Of a stretch of 32,000 nucleotides of DNA, positions 23,616 to 32,000 are shown in pieces (the first letter of the stretch is position 1; each line of letters opens with the position of its first letter). The stretch comes from Candidatus Saganbacteria bacterium (GTDB taxonomy: Bacteria; Margulisbacteria; WOR-1; JAKLHX01): NCBI GenBank assembly GCA_026387835.1, contig JAPLKZ010000012.1, positions 4,932 to 36,931 of the forward strand. The letters are read 5' to 3'. Position numbers and translations under genes: made by a program. The notes beneath the pieces were generated by a model. It was not told where the DNA came from and searched no databases. It saw nothing but the letters and a program-made list of their open reading frames with translations.

Positions 23616-23726
23616 ATGCTCTACCCCCTCTATTAATATATCGTCAATTTTTGAGCGGAATTTCTCTTAAAATGTGAGGGGGCTGAGATTTGAAGTATAG
23701 ATGACGGGGGTAGAGTACAGAAACGC
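23616..23726 (-). promoter_or_regulatory. Candidate cis-regulatory RNA: two C-rich anti-SD segments that can pair with the G5 SD of the PEGA gene
   Basis: There is a 10-bp perfect inverted repeat, 23619-23628 (ctctaccccc) with 23706-23715 (gggggtagag). A 7-bp repeat, 23624-23630 (ccccctc) with 23676-23682 (gaggggg), shares the same tract. Confidence 0.3.
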
Positions 23727-24011
23727 CTATTCTACTTTGACCCAGCCTTCGTACTCGTGATATCCGAGAAAATTATAAGATATCCTTGCTTTGTACCATT
23801 TACGGTCCGGGGTACAGCCCAGGATCCTGATCCCGATGGGAATGTCGAAATTTGATCTTGCCCCGTCTTTTGGCTCTTTTAACAGTCTGTTGATCTGGGC
23901 GTTAAGCATTATGAAATCCTTTTTTTCGGACTCGTTCGTGCCGGCTGATAATCTGAACGCGACAAAACCGGTGATTATTATCAAAAGCATGACTATCAAT
24001 GTCTTTTTCAT
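23727..24011 (-). CDS. Small secreted/anchored protein, SH3b-like C-terminus (hypothetical)
   Basis: It has an N-terminal hydrophobic signal/anchor (MKKTLIVMLLIIITGFVAF). The C-terminal ...LNAQINRLLKEP...GIRILGCTPDRKWYKARI...GYHEYEGWVKVE resembles bacterial SH3 domains. The assignment is tentative. Confidence 0.5.
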   Translation of the reverse strand: MKKTLIVMLLIIITGFVAFRLSAGTNESEKKDFIMLNAQINRLLKEPKDGARSNFDIPIGIRILGCTPDRKWYKARISYNFLGYHEYEGWVKVE

Positions 24012-24031
24012 GTATTTCCCTAATTCAGTGC

Positions 24032-25438
24032 TTAGCGCTTAAAGCTTATTATAAACCTTGCACCCTTCCCTGGCTCACTGTCAACTTCAATTTTACCACC
24101 AAAGCTTTCTATTATGCCCGCGGCTACCGCGAGGCCCACTCCCGATCCTCTCTCTTTTTGAGAAAAGAACGGCTCGAATATCCTGGGAAGATCCTCTTTT
24201 TTTATACCTATTCCCGTATCGGATATTTCGACCGATACTGCATCGATCGTCACGCGCAGATCCCCGCCGGAAGGCATGGCCTGCATGGAATTCAAGATGA
24301 TATTGAAAAATGCCTGCGACAGGAGAGCCCTGTCAGCTTTGATCTTTATTGGTGAAATAGTGCTTTTTTCGATGACAATACCCGCTTTCTCGCACGGTAT
24401 CCTGATAATGAACAGGATATCATCGATCATTTCGTCTATATTGACATCTTCCTGGTTTGCCTGCAGCCCGCCTGCCGCGGAAGAACTTTTGACGAACCTG
24501 ATCAGTTTTTCAATGGCGCCGTTTATCTTCTCGATCTGTCTGGGGACGATATCATTGAATGAAGCAATAAAGTCCTTGTCGTGGATGTTCTCGGGAAGTA
24601 CCTGGACCATACCTTTTATGGCTGTCAGCGGATTTTTTATCTCGTGTGCGATCGATGCCGCTACCACCCCGATAGCCGCCATATTTTCGTAGTGTATCGA
24701 ATTGAGCCGCGAGTTTCCCGGATTTAATGAATTTAAAAGCGGATACAAGATCCCTTTCCGCAGGACGATATTGATATCCAGCAGGTTATGCCTCACGATG
24801 GCATAAGCCGCGATAAAAAGATAGAAAGGCACGATGAATATGCCGTATGGATAGACATCCGCGCCGAAAGCCGGCAAAAACCACAGGACGCCTCCTCCGA
24901 ATCCGATAATGGAGGCCAGTATTATATATGCGGTCTGGTTGCGCCTGGTGCCGCTCGAGTGCCGGTATTCAAAGACGAGATCCGTAAAAGCGGCCGCGAC
25001 TGCCGCGGCAAATACCATTATGAAAAAAATATAGACCGGGCCTCCTTGAGGATAGAACCTGAAATATTTTGTCGCAATAAGGTCGTTTATAAAATAGTGC
25101 GTAGGCAAAAAGAGCAGGATCGACATCGAAAGCGCGGCAAATATGGATATTATCGGCTTTCTTTGCCCGATCTTATCCAGAAAGGCGTATACAAAAAGCA
25201 TAAAAACGACCGGGATCAAGACCGCGGCGGCAAGATTGACCCTGGTCCAAAAAAGCACTGCATCTTTTGAGATCGATATCTCGCCCATGAACTGGCCAAA
25301 GCACCAGACCGAAAATACAGTATTATACAGGGCTAGAAATACAGCCGCGGGCCTTGTCTTCCCGTAAACATATACCAACAGCGCAAACCCGGCCCCCAGG
25401 ACCGAGAGCAAAAGAAGCAGGAACGGATAAATTGACAT
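24032..25438 (-). CDS. Sensor histidine kinase with an N-terminal multi-TM (7TM-type) sensor, DHp and HATPase domains
   Basis: It has about 6-7 TM helices, the H-box SIAHEIKNPLTAIKG, the N-box FFNIILNSMQAM, the G1 box DTGIGI, the F box FEPFF and the G2 box GSGVGLA. Confidence 0.9.
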   Translation of the reverse strand: MSIYPFLLLLLSVLGAGFALLVYVYGKTRPAAVFLALYNTVFSVWCFGQFMGEISISKDAVLFWTRVNLAAAVLIPVVFMLFVYAFLDKIGQRKPIISIFAALSMSILLFLPTHYFINDLIATKYFRFYPQGGPVYIFFIMVFAAAVAAAFTDLVFEYRHSSGTRRNQTAYIILASIIGFGGGVLWFLPAFGADVYPYGIFIVPFYLFIAAYAIVRHNLLDINIVLRKGILYPLLNSLNPGNSRLNSIHYENMAAIGVVAASIAHEIKNPLTAIKGMVQVLPENIHDKDFIASFNDIVPRQIEKINGAIEKLIRFVKSSSAAGGLQANQEDVNIDEMIDDILFIIRIPCEKAGIVIEKSTISPIKIKADRALLSQAFFNIILNSMQAMPSGGDLRVTIDAVSVEISDTGIGIKKEDLPRIFEPFFSQKERGSGVGLAVAAGIIESFGGKIEVDSEPGKGARFIISFKR

Positions 25439-25450
25439 TTTATTTAATGA

Positions 25451-27298
25451 TCATCGGGGGGGTTCATTTTCTTTTGCAGAAGCTCCTATGTCTATCATCT
25501 CAACTCCCGGCATATATTCTCTCACGATCGGCTCGGTTATATGCGCCAGATTTATCAGAAGCTCTCTTATTCTCCTGGCTTCCCTTTCTATCGTCTGCAG
25601 CCTTTCCTTGATAAAATCGAGCGGCATTTCCGATTGAGTGCCGAGTTTCAGCAGCAGTCCCTGGGTCTGAGCCAGCACGGAGGTCAGAGGGTTGTTTATC
25701 TCGTGCTGGAGGCTCACCGACAGTTTGGTCAGAGTAGAGAGCCTTTCGGCTTTCACAAGCTCCTCGCGCGTTTCTATCAGCTGTTTATTCATCTTCTCAA
25801 GCATGACCGTGTATTTTTCTCTTGCCTCCGCTTCCGCCAGTTTCATTGCCGCTTCTTTTTCCTTTTCAAGCAGCAGGCTGTTCTCCACGAATATCGCGCT
25901 CTGGTTGGCCAGCGTCATCAGAAAGTTCAGGTCCTCTTCATCGAACGGGTCCCCTGAAAGCTTTTCTCCCAGAGCGAGAAAAGCGACCATCTTGTCCTTT
26001 ATCATGCTCGGCACGCATAAAGAGACTTTGAGCTTGTTGATGTCGCCGAGCACGTCCTCAAGTTTTTTCTTCTCGTAATATGTGATAAAGATATCGGTCA
26101 GCTGTTTTTCTATATCGCTCTTTAAAAGCACCCCCTTGTTTTCCTCGAGAGCCTCTATGAGCGGAAAATTTGATGTCATCGTAAATCCGGAAAGTTCCTT
26201 GATCGAGCCGTCGACGCCTTTTATCTCGAACCTGTCCTTTTTATCGTTATACCAGAACAGGGCGGCCCCGGTAAGGTTCATCCTCCTGGTTATCAGACGC
26301 GCCGTTATCTTGAGCAGCCTTTCGGTGCCCGACAGCACGCTCATGGCAGCACTTGTTTCCTTCAGCGTTTTTTCGTAGTCAAGCTTGCTCTTAAAAAATA
26401 TACTGTCTACCCATTCCTGGAACCTGTCGCGCAGGGGCTCGAATATCACGGCAAAAATGAAAAACACGATCATGACTATCAGGACGGAATAATTCCCGCT
26501 TATTGTCTGGAATATAGCCGCGATCAGGTAAAGGCATCCGAAATAAACGGCCGTGACAATACCCGCCAGCATCGAATAGACGACGCTTTTGCTCAGAATA
26601 ACGTTCAATCCCACAAAACGCTGCTTGCTGATCGCGTATGTGACAAGGCCCGTAAAAAAAAGCGTCGACAGCGGCCCGATTATGTTAAAGATATACCATC
26701 CGTCCCTTATCCCGAGAGCAGGCGCAAAATTATAAAATCCCGCCGTTACGGCCAAAGGGATGAGTGTTCCCGCAAAAACATACTGGATCTGGCTCCTTGC
26801 CACTCCTTTGATAGAGAAGTATTTTTTAAGCAGCACGCCCAGTGCCAGCACTATGTATATTACAAAATACAGGATAAAGACCGTGTTTATTTCCGTGAAA
26901 TCGATACTCGCGATATCCCCCCGCATGAATGAAACGGACCTTATTATGTATTCCGAAGACAAAAGATAAATAAAGACCAGGGCCGGCGAAAAGACCGCGG
27001 AGATGACCGGAAGTCCCGCTGACGCGTCATCCGGGAATATCAGAGCAAAATACAGCAAAAGCGAAGGGAGCACGGCTGCGGCCCCATAACCCATCTTGAC
27101 CCAGAAAAAAGCTCTTTCGCTCTGAGCTATCGCACTGTATGTCGCCGAGTACGAGAAATAGAGCCAAAATATTATCAGTAGCACTATCAAAGCGAAACAC
27201 CTGTTCGCCCTGCTTTTCAGGCCTTTGGTGAATATGACAAATCCAAATACCAGATTGGCGATTATGGCGCCAAAAAAGATCAGGTCAAGAATATTCAT
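25451..27298 (-). CDS. Membrane sensor protein: 7TM-type N-terminal domain, GAF-like domain, coiled coil and DHp (HisKA) domain, but no HATPase catalytic domain
   Basis: It has about 7 TM helices and a GAF-like core (AALFWYN...LCVPSMIKDKMVAFLALGEKLSGDPFDEEDLNFL). The H-box is SVSLQHEINNPLTSV. The protein ends ~25 aa after DHp helix 2, and no N/G1/F/G2 boxes are present. Confidence 0.85.
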   Translation of the reverse strand: MNILDLIFFGAIIANLVFGFVIFTKGLKSRANRCFALIVLLIIFWLYFSYSATYSAIAQSERAFFWVKMGYGAAAVLPSLLLYFALIFPDDASAGLPVISAVFSPALVFIYLLSSEYIIRSVSFMRGDIASIDFTEINTVFILYFVIYIVLALGVLLKKYFSIKGVARSQIQYVFAGTLIPLAVTAGFYNFAPALGIRDGWYIFNIIGPLSTLFFTGLVTYAISKQRFVGLNVILSKSVVYSMLAGIVTAVYFGCLYLIAAIFQTISGNYSVLIVMIVFFIFAVIFEPLRDRFQEWVDSIFFKSKLDYEKTLKETSAAMSVLSGTERLLKITARLITRRMNLTGAALFWYNDKKDRFEIKGVDGSIKELSGFTMTSNFPLIEALEENKGVLLKSDIEKQLTDIFITYYEKKKLEDVLGDINKLKVSLCVPSMIKDKMVAFLALGEKLSGDPFDEEDLNFLMTLANQSAIFVENSLLLEKEKEAAMKLAEAEAREKYTVMLEKMNKQLIETREELVKAERLSTLTKLSVSLQHEINNPLTSVLAQTQGLLLKLGTQSEMPLDFIKERLQTIEREARRIRELLINLAHITEPIVREYMPGVEMIDIGASAKENEPPR

Positions 27299-27331
27299 TT
27301 GGTTATATTATAATTACGATACGCTGATAAG

Positions 27332-28675
27332 TCAACAAATATCATATTTTTTCAGTTTTGAGATCAATGTTGAACGGTCGATCCCCAGCATCTTGGCGGC
27401 TTTTGACTGGATACATCCGGCTTTAAGGAAAATTTTTGTCAGGTGGTCCCTTTCAAAATGGCCGACCGCGTCTTCCAGCCGCATTTGCACCGGGATATCG
27501 TGCTTGTCAATGATATTAAAGGACAGGTCGCCTGCATCTATGATATCTTTTGAAGATAGAACGACAAGGCGCTCGACAGCGTTCTCAAGCTCCCTGACGT
27601 TGCCCGGCCAGTAATAGCCTTTTAAAATATTTATGGCCTGAGGGGTGAACGCTTTTATCCGCTTGTTGGACCTTTTATTGAAACGGCCGAGAAAATATTC
27701 GAGCAGGAGCGGGATGTCCTGCGTCCTTGACCGTATCGGCGGGACATCGACAGGAATGACGTTCAGCCTGAAAAAAAGGTCTTCCCTGAAAGTGCCTTTC
27801 TTCACGCTGTCTTTCAGATCGGCATTTGTGGCACAGATGATCCTGATATCTATCTTTGTTGCCTTGCTGCCTCCGATCCTCTGCACTTCGCTCTCCTGGA
27901 CCACCCTCAAAAGTTTTGCCTGCATCGGATAGGGCAGACACCCGACCTCATCAAGAAAGATAGTCCCGCCGTCGGCAAGCTCGAACTTGCCGATATGCCT
28001 TTCAAGGGCTCCGGTGAACGATCCCCTTTCGTGCCCGAAAAGCTCCGATTCAAAAAGGTTCTCGGGGACCGCGGCACAGTTGACCGCGACAAACAGCTTA
28101 TTTTTTCTGTTGCTCTTTCTATGGATGGCTTTAGCGACCATTTCTTTGCCGCTGCCGGTCTCGCCTGTTATCATCACGGTGCTGTCCGACGGAGCTATTT
28201 TTTCTATCAGACCGAAGACCTTTCTCATGGGCTCCGATGTTCCGATGATATCCTCAAAACTTTCTTTGCTGATCTCCCTGTAGGCCCTGTTCTCTTTTTC
28301 AAGGGTCCTTTTTTCAAGGGCTTTTTCTATGACGAGTTTAAGTTCATCGGCGTCAAAAGGCTTGTTGATATAATCATAGGCGCCCTCTTTCATGGCGTTG
28401 ACAGCCGTCCTTGAGTCGGACAGCGCGGTAAGAATTATCACGGGTACTTCCGGATCCGTCTTCTTCAGTTTTTTAAGGAAAGTAATGCCGTCCATCTTGG
28501 GCATTTTTATGTCGAGGAGCACCGCATCGACGTTTAGCGGCGGGATCTTTTTCAGCGCATCTTCGGGAGAGGAAAAAGCGGTCACATTGTATGTCGGTTT
28601 AAGTACGGTATTTATAGTTTTTAAGATGTCCTCTTCGTCATCTACGGCAGCTATAAGGGGCCTTGGTTTTGACAT
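27332..28675 (-). CDS. Sigma-54-dependent response regulator (NtrC/AtoC family: REC + AAA+ + Fis-type HTH)
   Basis: The REC domain has [11 protein letters not shown]. The AAA+ domain has [23 protein letters not shown] (GAFTGA-type loop), FLDEVG, RIICATN and [11 protein letters not shown]. The C-terminal HTH is [20 protein letters not shown]. Confidence 0.93.
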   Translation of the reverse strand: MSKPRPLIAAVDDEEDILKTINTVLKPTYNVTAFSSPEDALKKIPPLNVDAVLLDIKMPKMDGITFLKKLKKTDPEVPVIILTALSDSRTAVNAMKEGAYDYINKPFDADELKLVIEKALEKRTLEKENRAYREISKESFEDIIGTSEPMRKVFGLIEKIAPSDSTVMITGETGSGKEMVAKAIHRKSNRKNKLFVAVNCAAVPENLFESELFGHERGSFTGALERHIGKFELADGGTIFLDEVGCLPYPMQAKLLRVVQESEVQRIGGSKATKIDIRIICATNADLKDSVKKGTFREDLFFRLNVIPVDVPPIRSRTQDIPLLLEYFLGRFNKRSNKRIKAFTPQAINILKGYYWPGNVRELENAVERLVVLSSKDIIDAGDLSFNIIDKHDIPVQMRLEDAVGHFERDHLTKIFLKAGCIQSKAAKMLGIDRSTLISKLKKYDIC

Positions 28676-28678
28676 TTT

Positions 28679-30256
28679 CTAGATCTTGACAACCAGAGCG
28701 TTGGAGATCCCTTCTATCTTTTTGATCTTTTTCAGCATATCATCACTGGCCGGAGTGTCGATGTTCAGTATCATCACTGCTTTTCCTCCGATGGATTTTC
28801 TGCCGACGTCCATCGAAGCGATATTGATATTGTTTTCCCCCAGCAGAGTGCCGACTTTGCCGATGATACCCGGTTTGTCGGTATGCTCGGTTATCAAAAG
28901 AAATCCCGTAGGCACCACATCGGTCTGAAGGTCGTCTATCCTGACAAGTCTTTCGCCGAAAGAGCCAAGGACCGTTCCGGCAACGGTTTTTTTATCGCTG
29001 CCCGAAACTACTGTTATGGATATCAGATTAGAAAAATTCTCCGCATCCCCGCTTTTTACTTCTTTTACGGAGATGCCTCTTTCTTTGGCAATGAGCGAAG
29101 CATTAACATGGTTCACAGATTCTCCGAGAGCGTACCCGAGTATACCTTTCAATACAGCCGTGGTTAAAGGCGTGATATTGTTGTTGCTGAGCTCTCCCAG
29201 ATAAGATATTTCAACGCTTGTCACAGGTCCGCTCACTATCTGCGCGGCAAAGCTGCCCAGTTTTTCGGCTATAGGAAGAAAATGTTTTACGGGGCCCAAA
29301 ATATCCGGCCTCATCGATGGAATGTTCACTGCTGCCCGGGCCATCCCGCCTTTAAGGACATCTGCGATCTGCTCCGCGACATCGACGGCAACATTCACCT
29401 GGGCTTCCACGGTGGAGGCGCCGAGATGCGGGGTCGCTATCACGTTCTCAAGCTCTATCAACGGATTATCGGGAGCCGGTTCAACTTCGAATACATCCAA
29501 AGCTGCAGCTGCGATCTTCTTTGATAAAAGTGCTTCCTTAAGGTCGGCCTCGTCTATGATGCCGCCTCTTGCCACATTTATTATCTTTACGCCGTCCTTC
29601 ATCAGCGCGATCTTGTCCTTGTTGATCATCTTTGCCGTATCTTTTGTCTTTGGCAGGTGAAGGGTGATGTAATCTGATTCTTTTAGAACTTCGTCCAGAG
29701 ATTTGACCGTGACCCCTATTTTTTTTGCATAATCTTCATTAATGAACGGATCATAACAGATCACTTTCATGCCCAGACCTTGGGCATAAGCAGCGACGCG
29801 GCTTCCGATCTTGCCAATTCCGACAATACCGAGTATTTTATTATAAAGCTCGCTTCCCATAAATTTACTTTTTTCCCACTTCTTTCCCTTTAACGAGGCT
29901 ACCGCCTGCGGAATATTACGCGACAGCGCCATCATCATGGCAAAGGTGTGCTCGGCGGCAGCGATAGTGTTTCCATCCGGAGAGTTGACCACTATAATGC
30001 CTTTTTTTGTCGCAGCCGGCACATCTATATTGTCCACGCCTACTCCTGCCCTTCCGATTATCTTCATCTTTTTTGCGGCATCTATTATTTTTGCGGTGAC
30101 TTTGGTCTCCGACCTGACCATCATTCCGTCGTAATCTCCTATGATCGCCAAAAGCTGGTCCTCAGTACAACCGGTCTTTACATCCACTTCAAAACCGGCT
30201 GCTTTCAGTTTTTCGATGCCTTCAGGCGCGGCTTTATCCGCTATAAGGACTTTCAT
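28679..30256 (-). CDS. serA: D-3-phosphoglycerate dehydrogenase (long form with a C-terminal ACT domain)
   Basis: GRAGVGVDNIDV, the NAD fold GIVGIGKIGSRVA, the catalytic region ARGG...TPHLGAST and the ACT domain LLITEHTDKPGIIGKVGTLLGENNINIASM are all present. Confidence 0.93.
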   Translation of the reverse strand: MKVLIADKAAPEGIEKLKAAGFEVDVKTGCTEDQLLAIIGDYDGMMVRSETKVTAKIIDAAKKMKIIGRAGVGVDNIDVPAATKKGIIVVNSPDGNTIAAAEHTFAMMMALSRNIPQAVASLKGKKWEKSKFMGSELYNKILGIVGIGKIGSRVAAYAQGLGMKVICYDPFINEDYAKKIGVTVKSLDEVLKESDYITLHLPKTKDTAKMINKDKIALMKDGVKIINVARGGIIDEADLKEALLSKKIAAAALDVFEVEPAPDNPLIELENVIATPHLGASTVEAQVNVAVDVAEQIADVLKGGMARAAVNIPSMRPDILGPVKHFLPIAEKLGSFAAQIVSGPVTSVEISYLGELSNNNITPLTTAVLKGILGYALGESVNHVNASLIAKERGISVKEVKSGDAENFSNLISITVVSGSDKKTVAGTVLGSFGERLVRIDDLQTDVVPTGFLLITEHTDKPGIIGKVGTLLGENNINIASMDVGRKSIGGKAVMILNIDTPASDDMLKKIKKIEGISNALVVKI

Positions 30257-31392
30257 GCCATAGCCTCCTCTGCCGCCGCGACCCCGGCCCCCTTCTTGAC
30301 GCTTGATCCGAGTTCGATCTCGAGCGCCGCAAGAGCTGCTATGACCTCCATCTTATCGATATAACCGAGATGGCCTATCCTGAAAAGCTTTCCTTTGAGA
30401 TCTTCCTGCCCGCCCGCGAGGACTATGCCGTATTTTTCGCGCATCGCTTTTCTGAGCTTATCCGCTTCTATACCGTCCGGAGGGAATACCGGCGTCACCG
30501 CTTTTGAAGCTATGCTTTCATCGTTCACGAGAAGTTTCAGCCCCAAAGCTTTTACTCCTGCGCGGACTGCTTTCGCAAGTTTTTCATGCCTTGCATAAAT
30601 ATTTTCTATTCCTTCTTCTTTTAACATCCTTATCGCTTCCTGCATCGCATAAATAATTGATACTGCCGGCGTCCAGGGGGTCTCGCCTATCTCCGCGAAT
30701 TTCATCGCCTGCTTGAAATCAAAATAGAACCGCGGCATCTTGGCTTTCTCGTTTGCGGCCCATGCTTTTTTGTTGACCGACACGAATGCCAGCCCCGGGG
30801 GGACCATGAAAGCTTTCTGGGAACCGGACACGACGACATCGAGTCCCCACTCATCCGTTTTAAGAGGCGCCGTCAAAAGCCCTGATACCGCGTCGACGAT
30901 CATCAATGCGCCGTGCTTGTTGACCAGTTGAGCTACTGACTTCACGTCGTTAAGAACGCCCGTGGATGTTTCGTTCTGCTGAATAAGGACCGCCTTTATC
31001 ACTTTTGCTTTGTCTTCGTTGAGTTTCTGTTCGACAGTTTTAAGGTCGACCGCTTTTCCTCTTTCGAATTTCACCTCGTCTACATCAGCGCCGTAAGCGC
31101 GCGCTATCTTGGCGAACCTGTTTCCGAACGCCCCGATGTTCAGTGACAACACCTTGTCTCCCGGGGACAGAAAGTTGACTATCGCGGCTTCCATTCCGCC
31201 CGTACCGGAAGTCGTGAGCGTTATTATATCGTTCTGCGTCTGATAAGCCCACTTCACGCCTTCAACTATTTCTTTTATGATACTGGAGAACGAAGGCCCT
31301 CTGTGATTTATCATCTGCTTGTTCATCGCGGACAGGACTCGGGTCGGGACTGGGGTCGGGCCGGGGATCATCAGATACTCTTTGAATGCCAT
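30253..31392 (-). CDS. Class-V (AGXT-family) aminotransferase, probably the phosphoserine aminotransferase partner of serA
   Basis: MIPGPTPVP... is at the N-terminus, followed by TSGTGGMEAA, DAVSG and the PLP-lysine context SGSQKAF. There is a 4-nt overlap with serA. Confidence 0.85.
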   Translation of the reverse strand: MAFKEYLMIPGPTPVPTRVLSAMNKQMINHRGPSFSSIIKEIVEGVKWAYQTQNDIITLTTSGTGGMEAAIVNFLSPGDKVLSLNIGAFGNRFAKIARAYGADVDEVKFERGKAVDLKTVEQKLNEDKAKVIKAVLIQQNETSTGVLNDVKSVAQLVNKHGALMIVDAVSGLLTAPLKTDEWGLDVVVSGSQKAFMVPPGLAFVSVNKKAWAANEKAKMPRFYFDFKQAMKFAEIGETPWTPAVSIIYAMQEAIRMLKEEGIENIYARHEKLAKAVRAGVKALGLKLLVNDESIASKAVTPVFPPDGIEADKLRKAMREKYGIVLAGGQEDLKGKLFRIGHLGYIDKMEVIAALAALEIELGSSVKKGAGVAAAEEAMA

Positions 31393-31426
31393 TTTATTTT
31401 TCCTTTCTAAAATTGGGGATATTTTT

Positions 31427-31456
31427 ATTATATAATATCTATACTCAACGGGTCAA
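31427..31456 (-). promoter_or_regulatory. Candidate sigma-70 promoter TTGACC-N18-TATAAT upstream of the aminotransferase-serA operon
   Basis: The minus strand reads caTTGACCcgttgagtatagatattaTATAATaaaaatatcc...GGAAAaataaaATG. Confidence 0.45.
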
Positions 31457-31572
31457 TGAGGGTAAAGCGAAAATCGTAAACTCTAGCCAGGAATTGTTCT
31501 GCCTATCGCATCTCAACCAAACCCAAAAATTTTTGCGCCGGAAAAGGCGTAAAGGGACAAAGACAAAAGGTG

Positions 31573-32000
31573 TTAACCCAAGTCCTCGGCGAGGCGGAAA
31601 CCGAGAACGCTGCTCTGATCCCCCGGTCTGTCGTTGTTCCGGTACGCAGCATCCAGCGTATTAGAATCGTTGTTATACCAGGAACCGCCGCGCAACACCT
31701 TATTAATGCCATTTTTCGGTCCTTTAGGATTTGTCAAATCATTTACGTTATATCCACTCGCATACCAATCCTGTACCCATTCCCATACATTACCCGCCAT
31801 ATCAAATATCCCTGAAGGCGTTGCGCCCGTAGGGAATTTGTTGACAGGAGTTGTTCCTCTGTTATTGAAATTAACGCGCCCTTCATACGACTCATTTCCC
31901 CACGGATATATTCTTCCTTCAGTCCCTCTTGCCGCGAATTCCCATTGTGCTTCTGTAAGCAGACCGAACTTCCTGCCAGTTGTTTCCATTAGAAATTTGC
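31573..32000 (-). CDS. Formylglycine-generating enzyme (SUMF1/FGE-sulfatase) domain protein, C-terminal part; the ORF stays open to the window edge
   Basis: LLTEAQWEFAARG, YPWGN, MAGNVWEWVQDWY, VLRGGSW and GFRL are the canonical FGE-sulfatase domain motifs. The codons upstream of the track ATG (KFL-M) stay in frame with no stop. Confidence 0.85.
   Translation of the reverse strand, partial: KFLMETTGRKFGLLTEAQWEFAARGTEGRIYPWGNESYEGRVNFNNRGTTPVNKFPTGATPSGIFDMAGNVWEWVQDWYASGYNVNDLTNPKGPKNGINKVLRGGSWYNNDSNTLDAAYRNNDRPGDQSSVLGFRLAEDLG

Noticed and set aside
31524-31550. A possible intrinsic terminator after the FGE-like gene (minus strand CGCC-uuuucc-GGCG followed by CAAAAAUUUUU).
   Set aside because: The stem is only 4 bp, and an A-run separates it from the U-tract. 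It is too weak to call, although transcription may still stop somewhere in this 180-nt gap.
1-32000. A scan for CRISPR repeats, IS/transposase or integrase genes, toxin-antitoxin pairs, reverse transcriptases and known defence-system domains.
   Set aside because: No periodic repeat-spacer pattern was found. No terminal inverted repeats flank a transposase-like ORF. None of the translated ORFs carry motifs of those families. By eye the composition looks uniform, with no obvious island boundary.

Overview
This is a dense, mostly housekeeping chromosomal segment from a diderm (outer-membrane) bacterium. About 34 genes are present, and all but four are on the minus strand, many with 1-14 nt overlaps that suggest long operons. 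I saw no CRISPR array, transposase, integrase, phage gene or known defence gene.

Reading in minus-strand transcription order (high to low coordinates):
- A partial FGE/SUMF1-like gene.
- A class-V aminotransferase and serA, followed 3 nt later by a sigma-54 two-component module. The module holds an NtrC-type regulator, a 7TM-GAF-DHp sensor with no ATPase domain, a complete 7TM histidine kinase, and two small secreted proteins (SH3-like and PEGA).
- recO-MFS-radical SAM(SPASM/twitch)-uppP.
- A DUF1015 gene, a tRNA with anticodon CAT, a DUF4870-like membrane protein and tilS.
- folP-folK-tsaE-tsaB-rimI and a short-form metH.
- A nine-gene efflux block: tolC-hlyD-2x ABC ATPase-2x ABC-2 permease, then macA-like adaptor-ATPase-FtsX permease.

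Two stand-alone CheY-like receivers and a partial thioredoxin-fold gene lie on the plus strand.

Nothing here is an unambiguous new system. The best candidates for follow-up are:
- the two-sensor sigma-54 module with a catalytic-domain-less kinase;
- the precursor-less radical SAM/MFS/UppP operon;
- the TolC with an unassigned ~89 aa C-terminal module;
- the Lys-rich tail on FolK;
- a double anti-SD RNA structure ahead of the PEGA gene;
- several apparently leaderless starts;
- a homopolymer frameshift in the FtsX permease.

All functional calls rest on motifs I read in the translations. No database search was run.
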